Shown: positions 36,206-45,771 of the stretch, in pieces
Layout of the letters: each line of letters begins with the position of its first letter
How positions within the stretch are numbered: position 1 is the stretch's first letter
Virus record (IMG/VR): IMGVR_UViG_3300036985_003683
Span: 23,019-87,018 of that record
Length of the DNA stretch: 64,000 bases
Origin: a virus
Strand: one strand, 5' to 3'
Program-made: the position numbers and the translations under genes
Notes under the pieces: model-generated
Seen by the model: the letters and a program-made list of their open reading frames with translations, nothing else
The model's database searches: none
Told to the model about the DNA's origin: nothing

Positions 36206-38851
36206 TTAACCTGTCATCATAGCTTGGAGCTGTTCAATAGAAGTCTGCTGTGCTGCTAACCTCGCCGTGTGATTAGCTAGAGCAGCAGCTGCGGATTGTA
36301 GTGCGGCAATGCTGCGGTTGTGTAGCGCTTCACTCTGCGTGGAGGAAGCTATCACCTGAGTGCTAATCTGCTCCTGGAGTGCAATCTCGGCCTCTTTGTT
36401 CGCACGTGCGGTTTCGTCTGCTGCCACTTGTCCCGCGTGTAGTTGTGCCAGAATCTCAACACTACGAGCCTGACCTACACCCAGCTGCTGCTGAGCTAGT
36501 AACTGATTTTCCGCAGATTGTGGATCTGGTACGTTAGTTGGCAGGTCCTGGATGGTATTGAGAGCTTCCGCAGCGCGAGCTTGCACTTCTGCCTGGTTGG
36601 CCTGGAAATCTGCAGAGCGTGTATCCAGAAAATCCAGAAACTGATTCACACCCAGAGCAGGATCGTCAACACCACTCTCAATGTGAGTCTGCATTGCAGC
36701 GAGAGCGTCTATCATAGGCTGGGTACGATTTACCGAGCTACCATCTATGGCCTTCATGAGCTCTTCGTTTGACTTAGCGTTGTCGCCTGAAGCAGCATTC
36801 ATCAAATTGGTGATGTGATCCATGCGGGCTACGGCAGAGTCGTGTGTACCATCCTTCATAGTGGCTAGGAAGTCTTCGGCAGTGGCGAGTGCGTCGTCCA
36901 TACCTTCAAACATGGAACCACCCAGCGCATTGGGTAACTTCTCACCGAGCTTTGTAAGCGTCCTGACCAATTTGACCAACAACTCACCTATGGCAGTTAT
37001 CACCTTGGTAACACCCTCACCCATAAGGGCAATGCTGTTGAAGAAGGCAGATATGTGATTACCCAGTGCAGAAAATGCGAATCCCACGGAACGCACTAAC
37101 GCTACGAGTATCTCCCAGTTGTCGATTATCGGAGACAGTGCTGACAGTATGCCCTGGGCCATTGACACTGCGAGTGCTACTACGAACTTGAACGCTCCCT
37201 GAAAAGACCTAATCCAACCAGCTAGTAATCCAGCAACGTCCACGGCCTCCAGAGCTGATAGGAACTTAGGTATGACGTCTATTATGATGTGTAGAAACCA
37301 CTCACCGATCATCTGGACAGCTTTGGATATGATGGCTAGCGAGTCCCCTCCCTGAGCCCCCAATTTACCTAGGGCAGTAGCCCACGCCGTGACAGCTTCA
37401 AGGATGATGGCTATCGTAGAGTTCCAAACTTCCCCCACAGTATTGAAGAAGGAGAGAGCCTGACCACTCTCAACAACTTTCCAAATACCATCTACCCATC
37501 CGGGGATGGCCTCTATGATGTACATAATGCCCTGACGAATATCTGCCAGGATCTGTTGGTAGAAGGCGGATCCTCTCATCTGTTCTACGAGTCGCTGTAA
37601 GTAGTTCAACAACACTTCGAACACTCCGGACGTAGCAAGTCCGTCAAGGGCCATACCAGTCTCTTCCAGGATTATGATGATGTCATCAAAGACGGGTCGG
37701 AATGCCCCCTGGAGCAACTCGAATACTACAATTCCCAGATTCTTGAAACGTGTTTCCCACAACTCGAGCTGATACGAAATGGTTGCCAAGGTAGCTTCGA
37801 CTGCCGCGTTGAAGTCGTCCATGGATTTAGCACCATTTCGCATATTGTCGAAAATGGTGTTGAACGCTTCCTCGGATATGTTAGTCAGAGCACCAATACC
37901 GCGAACCGCTGCCTGGTTGCTGAACATTTCACCGATAACGTCGTCGCCGAACTGCGCTCTGATCGCTCTCAGATCCTCGAGAGTCTTACGCAAGTCGATA
38001 GTGCCGTCTGCCGCCTTCGTGACTTGGAACCCGTACTTAGCCCAAGCACCAATCATCATCTTAGTAGGTTTGACGAGCTGATTCAAGGACGAAGTGATGG
38101 AGAACATCACGTGACCCTGTGCACCCATAACCTGCGTGACCCCTGCTGTGGCAGCAGATGCGTCTTCCATTGTGATACCCAAAGCGGAAGCAATTGGAAG
38201 AACTCCACCCATCAATCGGGCGAGTTCCTTCATATTACCGCGACCTTGAATCTGTGTTTGGAAGAGCATGGCGGAAACGCGCTCTGCGTCCGCTGCGGCT
38301 AGGCCGTAGGAATTGAGTGTGGAGATCATGACGTTCATAACGTCATCCATCTCAATCCACCCTGTCTGGGCAAGTTTGCCCGCGGACATCATGATGGTCC
38401 CAGCGTCTTCCACATCACGGAAACCGCCCGAGATCACTTCGTACAGTCCCTCCATAACGCCCTCGATATCCTTACCGAGAGCGTTGGAGACTTGTAAACC
38501 AATGTCCTTAACCTCATTGAGGGAGGAACCCGCTTCGTTGGCAATGTTGCCAAAGATACGTCCAGCATCTTTCTCAAACTGGAGCCAATCGTCCCTCATG
38601 ACGGCAAAGGCATTGGAGAGATTAGTCAAGACGAATTCGGCGATTGACTCCAAACCCGACATGATACTCATGAACACTGTCGTAGCAACGTCGAATGTGG
38701 CCCCCAATATGGAAGAAACAGCGCTACCTACTCGACCCACTATCTCCAGACCAGCATTCAAAGCCTCTACGGCTGAGAGCGCTGTAGTAGCTGTTGCATT
38801 GATGATCAAAAGCAGTTCTGCCACTGTTTCCCCTACATCAAGAATTCCCAC
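36206..38851 (-). CDS. Tail tape measure protein
   Basis: 881 aa, Ala/Gly-rich and helical with TP901-type core (LNSYGLAAADAERVSAMLF..VLPIASALGI); follows the chaperone pair. Confidence 0.9.
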   Translation of the reverse strand: MGILDVGETVAELLLIINATATTALSAVEALNAGLEIVGRVGSAVSSILGATFDVATTVFMSIMSGLESIAEFVLTNLSNAFAVMRDDWLQFEKDAGRIFGNIANEAGSSLNEVKDIGLQVSNALGKDIEGVMEGLYEVISGGFRDVEDAGTIMMSAGKLAQTGWIEMDDVMNVMISTLNSYGLAAADAERVSAMLFQTQIQGRGNMKELARLMGGVLPIASALGITMEDASAATAGVTQVMGAQGHVMFSITSSLNQLVKPTKMMIGAWAKYGFQVTKAADGTIDLRKTLEDLRAIRAQFGDDVIGEMFSNQAAVRGIGALTNISEEAFNTIFDNMRNGAKSMDDFNAAVEATLATISYQLELWETRFKNLGIVVFELLQGAFRPVFDDIIIILEETGMALDGLATSGVFEVLLNYLQRLVEQMRGSAFYQQILADIRQGIMYIIEAIPGWVDGIWKVVESGQALSFFNTVGEVWNSTIAIILEAVTAWATALGKLGAQGGDSLAIISKAVQMIGEWFLHIIIDVIPKFLSALEAVDVAGLLAGWIRSFQGAFKFVVALAVSMAQGILSALSPIIDNWEILVALVRSVGFAFSALGNHISAFFNSIALMGEGVTKVITAIGELLVKLVRTLTKLGEKLPNALGGSMFEGMDDALATAEDFLATMKDGTHDSAVARMDHITNLMNAASGDNAKSNEELMKAIDGSSVNRTQPMIDALAAMQTHIESGVDDPALGVNQFLDFLDTRSADFQANQAEVQARAAEALNTIQDLPTNVPDPQSAENQLLAQQQLGVGQARSVEILAQLHAGQVAADETARANKEAEIALQEQISTQVIASSTQSEALHNRSIAALQSAAAALANHTARLAAQQTSIEQLQAMMTG

Positions 38852-39134
38852 TCGGAATTGAGTACAGCAACTTCGGCTGACAGCGCCTCGGCCTGTTTCT
38901 TGGCACCGCTCATTGCTTGTAGACGACGTAGATAGTGTTGGCTCCTAGCCTCTTCAATCGCCATCATCACTTCCACTTCTACAGCATCCATACTGTGCAG
39001 TGTTCCCAGAGATATACCAGTATGGCGCGTGATACGGTACAACAGCATCAACTCGAGTGCCATACGATCATCGTCTGACACGGGTTCGTCAGTTTTCACC
39101 TCCCCACCGTAGATTCGTGAGAAGGCCTCTGTCA
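38833..39134 (-). CDS. Tail assembly chaperone, frameshift (GT) extension
   Basis: The -1 frame is open from the slippery site: LTEAFSRIYGGEVKTDEPVSDDDRMALE... Confidence 0.7.
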
Positions 39135-39629
39135 GTTTTTTGGCTTACCCAGCGAGGCTGAATCAGTGAAGGAGTTCTCAGCGTCAATGGCGGCTACCAA
39201 GTCCGCTTCGAGAATTCCGAACTGGTTTTCGTCCAGGTCAGCGTTGACTGCCAGCAGTTCAGTCATCTTCTCCCACGAGTACTTGATGGGATTGCCCTTA
39301 TCGTCAAGGACGTTTTCCCAACCCACAATGGACTCGCGCAAACGCATGTCCTTTACCGTACCGATGGAGTACTGCAGTGATACGTCCTCGGCAGTCACCT
39401 TGTTGGATTTCGGTGCAGTCTTGTTACGTTGAAACTGTGTCCCCTTCACAGTGATCATGGAATTTTCGATCTGACGCTTGGTTCCGTGTTCGAGTCTCGT
39501 CATCTTGATGACGATCTTCTCTTCGTCCGGAATGAGCTCGACACCAGAGTCAGGATCGGGATTACGCAGGGGCCACTTGACTTCAAAATTCCGTGACCTG
39601 AACAGATTAACACGCATAGCAGTCTCCAC
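39132..39629 (-). CDS. Tail assembly chaperone (gpG-like)
   Basis: Lies between tail tube and tape measure; IVGWENVLDDKG motif; ends in a slippery site. Confidence 0.75.
   Translation of the reverse strand: METAMRVNLFRSRNFEVKWPLRNPDPDSGVELIPDEEKIVIKMTRLEHGTKRQIENSMITVKGTQFQRNKTAPKSNKVTAEDVSLQYSIGTVKDMRLRESIVGWENVLDDKGNPIKYSWEKMTELLAVNADLDENQFGILEADLVAAIDAENSFTDSASLGKPKN
39135..39141 (-). other. -1 programmed ribosomal frameshift heptamer A AAA AAC
   Basis: CCA AAA AAC TGA at the end of the chaperone; a -1 shift joins the 38833 ORF. Confidence 0.8.
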
Positions 39630-39641
39630 ACGACAGTCAGG

Positions 39642-39707
39642 AAAAAAGAGTGGGGCCGCACATCAAACTGGGACTGCCACCAGCCGACGCCGCCCACGGC
39701 CCCACTC
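39642..39707 (-). terminator. Long hairpin plus U6 after the tail tube gene
   Basis: GAGTGGGGCCG/CGGCCCCACTC 11-bp stem, inner stem, TTTTTT. Confidence 0.7.
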
Positions 39708-39711
39708 AATA

Positions 39712-40608
39712 CTACGTAGTCGCAGCAACGATTGCGTCAGTGGCTGCTGGTTTTCGTGCAACGGCAGTGCACACCAGCGTCTGGATATCCCCCACTGATC
39801 CTGTCCTTACCACGGACTTCAGAACCAACTTACTCATCGTCAACGTCAGAGTGTCCACAGGTGATCCTGTGCCCGGATAGTTGAAGACGACTACGAAGGC
39901 CAAATCGCGGTCGCGACTTCGAACAAGACTTCGATAATGTGCTGCCATGGTTGCGTCAGTTCTCACAGTGAACGTGACTTCAATCTGGCGGCGACCAGCG
40001 TCGATCCACTTGATATTGCGATTGGTATCCTTTGGCTCACTCGGAGAGAGGTTGTTGGATATCGCAATAGAGAACTCTGTGATGTTCGATTCAGAGACAG
40101 TGTTCACTGTGAAGGTAGCATCACTGAACTCGAACGCTGCCTGTGCAGGGAGGGATGGCTTGACGAAAGACGCTACCGTCGTCTCAGTACAGCCGATCAT
40201 GTCAAAGCTGAATTTGACCTTAGGATCGGATCCTGAAGCAGCGATGGTAACACTGTCAGCCTTGAGCCCTGTATGCTGCAGGTATTCGTTCTTGGCCTTG
40301 TCGAAACACTGCACTGTGTAAGACTTAAGGTCGTAGGACGCTGTACGTGGAAGTCCTGCGATGTCGAGCAATCGCGCAATGTTATCTGGCCACACCTGTG
40401 AAACGTACGCACCCGCGAGGAGTTGTGCAACTACGTCAACGTATACAGTGTCGATCTCGCCTGTGAACTTTTCCTGTTCGAGGGGCTCGTTCTCCAATTC
40501 CACTGAATACTCATCGGGGGCGATGCCCACAAATGCAGCAGCGGCAGTGCCCCAAGCAACTGCCTCTTCTCCCATACGGTAATACTCAAGCTGCCTAACT
40601 GTACCCAT
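39712..40608 (-). CDS. Major tail tube protein
   Basis: EE..WGTAA, SYTV..GLKADS, FSIAISNNL, GRRQIEV patterns; position in the tail module. Confidence 0.8.
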   Translation of the reverse strand: MGTVRQLEYYRMGEEAVAWGTAAAAFVGIAPDEYSVELENEPLEQEKFTGEIDTVYVDVVAQLLAGAYVSQVWPDNIARLLDIAGLPRTASYDLKSYTVQCFDKAKNEYLQHTGLKADSVTIAASGSDPKVKFSFDMIGCTETTVASFVKPSLPAQAAFEFSDATFTVNTVSESNITEFSIAISNNLSPSEPKDTNRNIKWIDAGRRQIEVTFTVRTDATMAAHYRSLVRSRDRDLAFVVVFNYPGTGSPVDTLTLTMSKLVLKSVVRTGSVGDIQTLVCTAVARKPAATDAIVAATT

Positions 40609-40885
40609 TCGTCACCTCTCCTACAAAATGAGCTCTCAATGAGAACTCAGACTGATGAAACTCACAGTATAATCCTTCGGACACCCTAAGACGTTCGCAC
40701 AATTTTCCACCCATGTGGATGAACCTACATACGTCTGTCACACTACGCCACTCTTCAGGTGGTAACAATATCACCTGTTCGGGAGCAACAGACACTACTT
40801 GCAGGTAGAATACTTCCCCTACTGGAGTGCGCGCCCTGTGGTGTCCCCTACCGTAAGGTCCCACATACTGGTACTGAAGTTCCAC
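40595..40885 (-). CDS. Hypothetical protein
   Basis: Tiles within the tail operon. Confidence 0.45.
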   Translation of the reverse strand: MELQYQYVGPYGRGHHRARTPVGEVFYLQVVSVAPEQVILLPPEEWRSVTDVCRFIHMGGKLCERLRVSEGLYCEFHQSEFSLRAHFVGEVTNGYS

Positions 40886-40886
40886 G

Positions 40887-42035
40887 TTATCCCTTCAGAA
40901 AGTCATGCCGAACTTCAAAGATCAAAGTATCGGTGAAACTGCTGAACAGAGATTCGTCTCTCTGTTCCTCAACTTCGAAAGACGGTCCACGTGACTTCAT
41001 GTTCTGAATGCGTATAAAGTTGAATCTGCCAGCCGTAGTGGTCAGATTGTACATGTTGTATATCGCGGCCAGTGTGACCCACCAGAAGATCTCAATCTCA
41101 CGGACATCCTTGTGATGCATGCGCCCCTGGATTTCAATTGGAACGCGCACTGTGTGAAACGCAGACGTCTCAGGATTGATGTCTGGCAACGTGGCGGGTG
41201 TAATAGTGATGGCCGGAGTATTGGAAGCAGTGAAATTGGCAGGAATCATGTCCCCGGAACGGAACCTGTACTTCTTACCAGTCCGAGCTGCTAGGAAAGT
41301 AGTGAGGGATGAAAACGCGTCGAGAGCTAGCCAAGTATGCTCTCTCACGATGGAGATCACACAAGCTAAATATGGTCCCTCGGTGGGAGTAGGGCTACCC
41401 ACTAGGGTGAGATGTGCCTTGCTATGTGGAAGATTCTGATCGCCAGTACTCAGATCGTAAGCGAATCCAGCTGTAGCTGTGCCCTCATTGAAGTGGTAGA
41501 GAGCTTGAGTCCAGTTGTCGTCTCCAAACTGAATGACGTCAGAAGTGTAGGGAGCTGTGTGCCGTATACGGTTACTCAACCTCACCTCTGATACAGCCCC
41601 TGCCCACCATAGCGAACTACTTGCGTTCCCCAATTCCAGAGCTGCTGCATTGCTGACCGTGCCCTGGTTGGCAATAGCCAGAGTCCCGTCAAGTGCCCCG
41701 TCTATGTAGACGTACATCAGACTGAATTGACGATCCACTGAAACGTGTAGGCGGTGCCAGGCAGCGTCATCTACGTCAGTCGCTAGCGTATACGTCAGGT
41801 CGTTAAAGCGTACCTGCAGTAGGCGAGTGGCACTGAGTTGAATACGCCATCCCACATTGCTCACAAATTTGGATAGCAGTACCTTGATACCACTGCCGCC
41901 AGCAGATACAGTGAACGACACATCGATAGCGAAATTGGTGATGCCCAAATTGATGTGCGAAGCGCTCGCAACAGATCCACCCTGAGTAGCACCATCCAAA
42001 AGGAGTGCACCATAATCATTAGCCAAGGTGACCAC
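40887..42035 (-). CDS. LamG/concanavalin-like domain fused to a tail-completion-like domain
   Basis: DDAAWHRLHV..VYIDG..LELG..SEVRLSN, LYHFNEG; the C-terminal ~150 aa sit at the tail terminator position. Confidence 0.6.
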   Translation of the reverse strand: MVTLANDYGALLLDGATQGGSVASASHINLGITNFAIDVSFTVSAGGSGIKVLLSKFVSNVGWRIQLSATRLLQVRFNDLTYTLATDVDDAAWHRLHVSVDRQFSLMYVYIDGALDGTLAIANQGTVSNAAALELGNASSSLWWAGAVSEVRLSNRIRHTAPYTSDVIQFGDDNWTQALYHFNEGTATAGFAYDLSTGDQNLPHSKAHLTLVGSPTPTEGPYLACVISIVREHTWLALDAFSSLTTFLAARTGKKYRFRSGDMIPANFTASNTPAITITPATLPDINPETSAFHTVRVPIEIQGRMHHKDVREIEIFWWVTLAAIYNMYNLTTTAGRFNFIRIQNMKSRGPSFEVEEQRDESLFSSFTDTLIFEVRHDFLKG

Positions 42036-42648
42036 CCCAGATAGCGACGGTGCGATTACCGATTCGCTCTTTCATTGCGAACATGGGGCCCCGAACGAGT
42101 TGGGCCTCAGTGTAAAGAGGACGTGCAGGGATGGTGATAGCAGCTGGTCCCACTCCCTGGGCGAATACTACTGATCCACTGGAGGAGATGAAAGTCAATC
42201 CACCTGCACCCTTGGAGATCGCAGGACGTTGATGTGAAGAGCCACTGTGGTGCAGACTCGCTAGGGGATTGTTAGTCCCCTTAACCATCTCTGTGACTCC
42301 CTTACCACGCTGTCTGATGCGTAGTACCGAACGTCTTCCCTTGCCAGTGATGTCCCTGCGTAACTGCCCCGTCCACACCAGCTTAGAAGTGGGACTGGAA
42401 CCAGAGCGACCGGGTGTGGAATAGTATCCTACACCTGCAGAGCGCATACCCCGAGTAGCCTTGCTCAAACTAGGCCATCGTGAGCGACCAGAGGCACCTG
42501 CTTCGAAGTTGCCATCGATCATCTCATCGATGTCTCTCGAAGTCTCTTCCATCTCCTGGCGCAAATTGCCAAGATACTCAGAGACGTTCTTGAGACGTTT
42601 CTTGACTTCGACCATCCCCTGAAGGGAAATGTGAAAGGAGTTACCCAT
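42019..42648 (-). CDS. Virion morphogenesis protein (Mu gpG/tail completion-like)
   Basis: NFE..RWPSLS..T, LVWTGQLR, GTNNPLASLHHSG, IPARP. Confidence 0.8.
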   Translation of the reverse strand: MGNSFHISLQGMVEVKKRLKNVSEYLGNLRQEMEETSRDIDEMIDGNFEAGASGRSRWPSLSKATRGMRSAGVGYYSTPGRSGSSPTSKLVWTGQLRRDITGKGRRSVLRIRQRGKGVTEMVKGTNNPLASLHHSGSSHQRPAISKGAGGLTFISSSGSVVFAQGVGPAAITIPARPLYTEAQLVRGPMFAMKERIGNRTVAIWGGHLG

Positions 42649-42718
42649 GGCTACACTCGAACCTTCCTGTTAGAATAGTATACCCCACAGGTAGGCACTC
42701 CGATCGAATTTTCACATA

Positions 42719-43615
42719 TTAGTCGAGGTAGTACAGGAGGCGCTCGGGATGGGCTTCTATGAGGGCTAGGAGTTCTGCTTGGAACTTCCCTTCGTCACTT
42801 CGACGTGCGTTTAGCCGCGAGTCGGATCGAGCACCATCAGGACGACTCCCTCCGGATGTGGATTCAAAGTGCCACAAACGCGAAGTTGATCGAACTGCTA
42901 GGTTCCAACCCGCCAGGTACATGCGCGTATAGAACAGAGTCTCTTCGCGATGCCCCGTAGGTGAAAAGTGTGTGCAGAAACCTCCCACAGCCTCTGCAGC
43001 TGCTCGCCTGTATAGTGATCCACCGTGTAGAGTGCACACCAGCCAGATGTGATCCTCTTTCACTACCAATTCCTGTGAGTCATTTGGTTCCCATATCCAA
43101 GGTAGTGTGGGGGCGGTTGCAGCCTCAAACACTTTCTTGAACCCATTACGCAAGACCGCGGGTGGTTCAACATAGTGACCTTTCCATGCGAAATTGGGAG
43201 TCATGAAGCCCACTGCCCCTACCTTCTCACCACCTGGACGACATAGAACGTCGTGAGCGCGTTCGATCATCTCGGGCTCCATCCAGATGTCGTCCTCTTG
43301 CCTGATTACCAACTCAGTAGTAGCAATTTCGAGCATTCGCTGATACGATCCAGGAATGCCTATGGATGAGTCTGTTTCGTACACCACACTGTGCCCGTAC
43401 TTCTTCATAACCACGAGTAGCCGTGTCACGCGTTCATCGTTGATCACAGGTTCGCGAGAAGCGTCCATGATGATGAGGTCCCAAGCCTGGTAAGTCTGGG
43501 ACAAGAGCGATGACAGAGTAATCAGTAGATACTCGAGTCGATCCTTGGTATTGATGCACACTGTAATACGTGACTGGGTCATGTGAGCTGTTCCTTGGGA
43601 ATCATGAGAAACCAC
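42719..43615 (-). CDS. GT2 glycosyltransferase
   Basis: VCINTKDR, IIMD, RQEDD, HREET, LWH. Confidence 0.85.
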   Translation of the reverse strand: MVSHDSQGTAHMTQSRITVCINTKDRLEYLLITLSSLLSQTYQAWDLIIMDASREPVINDERVTRLLVVMKKYGHSVVYETDSSIGIPGSYQRMLEIATTELVIRQEDDIWMEPEMIERAHDVLCRPGGEKVGAVGFMTPNFAWKGHYVEPPAVLRNGFKKVFEAATAPTLPWIWEPNDSQELVVKEDHIWLVCTLHGGSLYRRAAAEAVGGFCTHFSPTGHREETLFYTRMYLAGWNLAVRSTSRLWHFESTSGGSRPDGARSDSRLNARRSDEGKFQAELLALIEAHPERLLYYLD

Positions 43616-44115
43616 CCACGTTCAAATGTGAATGGAGCTAACTGTAATGGAGTGTGATTTACGAACAAATCGTAAAGGGAGTCTATGGTGTGTACGAAAG
43701 CTGTGTCGAACTGCGTTTGAGAAGATGCGGTCGTGGGACGTACCACTCCGCGGTAGGGGCCATATCGATGGCTCAAATGTGTAAAGTGGGTATCCAATAA
43801 GACCACCTTACCCCTCATACGTTCGACCATAGGAATCTGAACAGTCAATGGCAGGTGGTAGAGAATGCCCGCACATATTACCACATCTCCAGGAAAAGAG
43901 ATCATAGCAGTGACGTCGGCGAGTTCGAAGACTTCCTCACAATCCTCGGGAACACGTGCTCGGGTATTATCAAAGGCTAGGACTTTCAAACCCTCTCCCA
44001 GAAGTATCCTCGTATAGTGACAGCCTCCGCAGGCGAGATCTACGAAACTCGACTGTGGAAGCAATTTCACTAGTTGACGAAACTGGTAGTACTTTATCTC
44101 TTCTGCATCTGTCAT
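43579..44115 (-). CDS. Class I SAM methyltransferase
   Basis: VDLACGG, CAGILYHL, LDTH. Confidence 0.75.
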   Translation of the reverse strand: MTDAEEIKYYQFRQLVKLLPQSSFVDLACGGCHYTRILLGEGLKVLAFDNTRARVPEDCEEVFELADVTAMISFPGDVVICAGILYHLPLTVQIPMVERMRGKVVLLDTHFTHLSHRYGPYRGVVRPTTASSQTQFDTAFVHTIDSLYDLFVNHTPLQLAPFTFERGWFLMIPKEQLT

Positions 44116-44843
44116 GGAGCAACTCTACCATTCTCACAGAAGGCGCGATACGTCAGGGGCCATCCCTGTGCGAAGATTTCTTCAGTAGCTCGCGCGGCTA
44201 CTTCAATCTCCCACAATGGATAGCTCACAAAGAGAGCTTCGGGTTCGTGGGTTCTCAGTGAGAGGAAGGCCATTAACGATCGCGGATTGCATGAAACCCA
44301 ACACCCAGAGAAGATGCCTACTGGAAGGCAATCACGCGCCAAACCAGGATCGAATCCATCTGCGAGATTCTCCTCGTACGCGTCGTAGGCCACCTGGTAG
44401 CTGTGTGTCAATCGCGAAATGAGCCCGTTGTACTTAGCCCCGTCCTCACACGGAAGGAACTTAGGTCTGCCAGGTTTCCAGTTGTCCACCTTCATCATCA
44501 AACGGTCGCGTTCTGGGATGTAGAACACAGGATCGAGCTGCTTGTAGCGACCACTCTCTTCGTTGTAGCTGAACCCAATGCGATGTCGATGCCATTCCCG
44601 CCAAACACAGATAGGTGCTTGAACGTAGAAGGTCATGAAGGAATGTTCAAATGGTGTCCCATGTCGGTGCTTGACTAGATACTTGATGAGACCCCAGTTG
44701 TCACCTGCCAATGCTGGATCAGCGTATTGCAGACACTCATCCCCATTAGTACTTACTCGCGCTGCAGCGACAACCATGTGGTCACCTCCACACGATTGAA
44801 TGAGTTGGGTGGATATGTTGGACTTGGTAGTGATAGTCACCAT
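44112..44843 (-). CDS. thyX: Flavin-dependent thymidylate synthase
   Basis: AARVS, HGTPFEH, REWHRHR..SYNEESGRY, LSLR. Confidence 0.96.
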   Translation of the reverse strand: MVTITTKSNISTQLIQSCGGDHMVVAAARVSTNGDECLQYADPALAGDNWGLIKYLVKHRHGTPFEHSFMTFYVQAPICVWREWHRHRIGFSYNEESGRYKQLDPVFYIPERDRLMMKVDNWKPGRPKFLPCEDGAKYNGLISRLTHSYQVAYDAYEENLADGFDPGLARDCLPVGIFSGCWVSCNPRSLMAFLSLRTHEPEALFVSYPLWEIEVAARATEEIFAQGWPLTYRAFCENGRVAP

Positions 44844-44846
44844 AGA

Positions 44847-45518
44847 CTACATTCTCTTCAGCACTAAGAGACCATTGTTGTTCTGATCATCTCGAATGAG
44901 ATGCCAGTGTAAATTCTCAGTCATGAATTCGTAAATGGCCTTGAGTAGACCCACGCGTCCATCATCTCCGATAGTACCAAAGGTGACTGTATCGTGGAAG
45001 ACTAAATAACGTGTAGCACAATTACCATACAGAGCCAATTCCGCACTCAGTTGTTCATATGAGTGTTTGGTATCAATGAACAACATATCGCATGTTGGAA
45101 ACAGATTAGGCCACGTGGTGCTCGCTTCTGTGAAGAGGAACTTGTTCCCCGCATGCTGTTCAAACTCAGCAATACTCACCTTAATGGAATCACAATTCCA
45201 CAGAAGGTGATCGAAAGATACTACGTACCCTGGAGTACCTAACACTAGAGCTGTTGTAGAGTGGCAATGCCAAGTACCAAACTCAACGACCACTAAACAC
45301 TCTGACGCTAGTGACCTGAGTAATGGTAAATGTTCGTTAATGGCAGATGGTGTCGCGCACAGCTGCGTGTACCTATCTTCTAACCACGGTAGGTTCGGAT
45401 CGGGCTTCATTTTGGACGTCCTTGGTAATTGCTTCAGTAGCACAGACGAGGAAGATCGCGCCCCAAGCCATTGCAGAGGCATCGTCGTCAGAGAGTAGTG
45501 CTGGAACATCTTGCGCAT
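44847..45518 (-). CDS. Methyltransferase (Methyltransf_24-like)
   Basis: INEHLP, VEFG, LFIDTKHSYEQL, FHDT, NNGL; true start probably MKPDPN. Confidence 0.75.
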   Translation of the reverse strand: MRKMFQHYSLTTMPLQWLGARSSSSVLLKQLPRTSKMKPDPNLPWLEDRYTQLCATPSAINEHLPLLRSLASECLVVVEFGTWHCHSTTALVLGTPGYVVSFDHLLWNCDSIKVSIAEFEQHAGNKFLFTEASTTWPNLFPTCDMLFIDTKHSYEQLSAELALYGNCATRYLVFHDTVTFGTIGDDGRVGLLKAIYEFMTENLHWHLIRDDQNNNGLLVLKRM

Positions 45519-45771
45519 TTAGCTTGTCTCGCAACTTGAGTGCGTGATGGATGATGTGAGAAATGCGCTCAATCACAAAATCCTTGTCGAGAAGACAGGC
45601 CTGATTGGTGGATAGGGCATTCCACGCCTTGTCGCCCTTACGTATGATCCCCAATTGAAATCGCTCCGCGATACGCTCGAGGGCAACGGTAGGGATAAGG
45701 TGAAAGGCTGGGCCCGGAGTACTGGCAGCGATACCTCCGGCCATTAACACTTGTTCAGGTTGAGTACTCAT
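45373..45771 (-). CDS. dATP/dGTP diphosphohydrolase-like (DUF5664-like)
   Basis: FHLIPTVALERIAERFQLG..K..W...H...D..AMAW pattern. Confidence 0.55.
   Translation of the reverse strand: MSTQPEQVLMAGGIAASTPGPAFHLIPTVALERIAERFQLGIIRKGDKAWNALSTNQACLLDKDFVIERISHIIHHALKLRDKLNAQDVPALLSDDDASAMAWGAIFLVCATEAITKDVQNEARSEPTVVRR

Noticed and set aside
45373-45771. Z-genome (2-aminoadenine) pathway suggested by the dNTP diphosphohydrolase-like gene
   Set aside because: No PurZ/adenylosuccinate-synthetase homologue in the window; the neighbouring genes point to deazaguanine instead.
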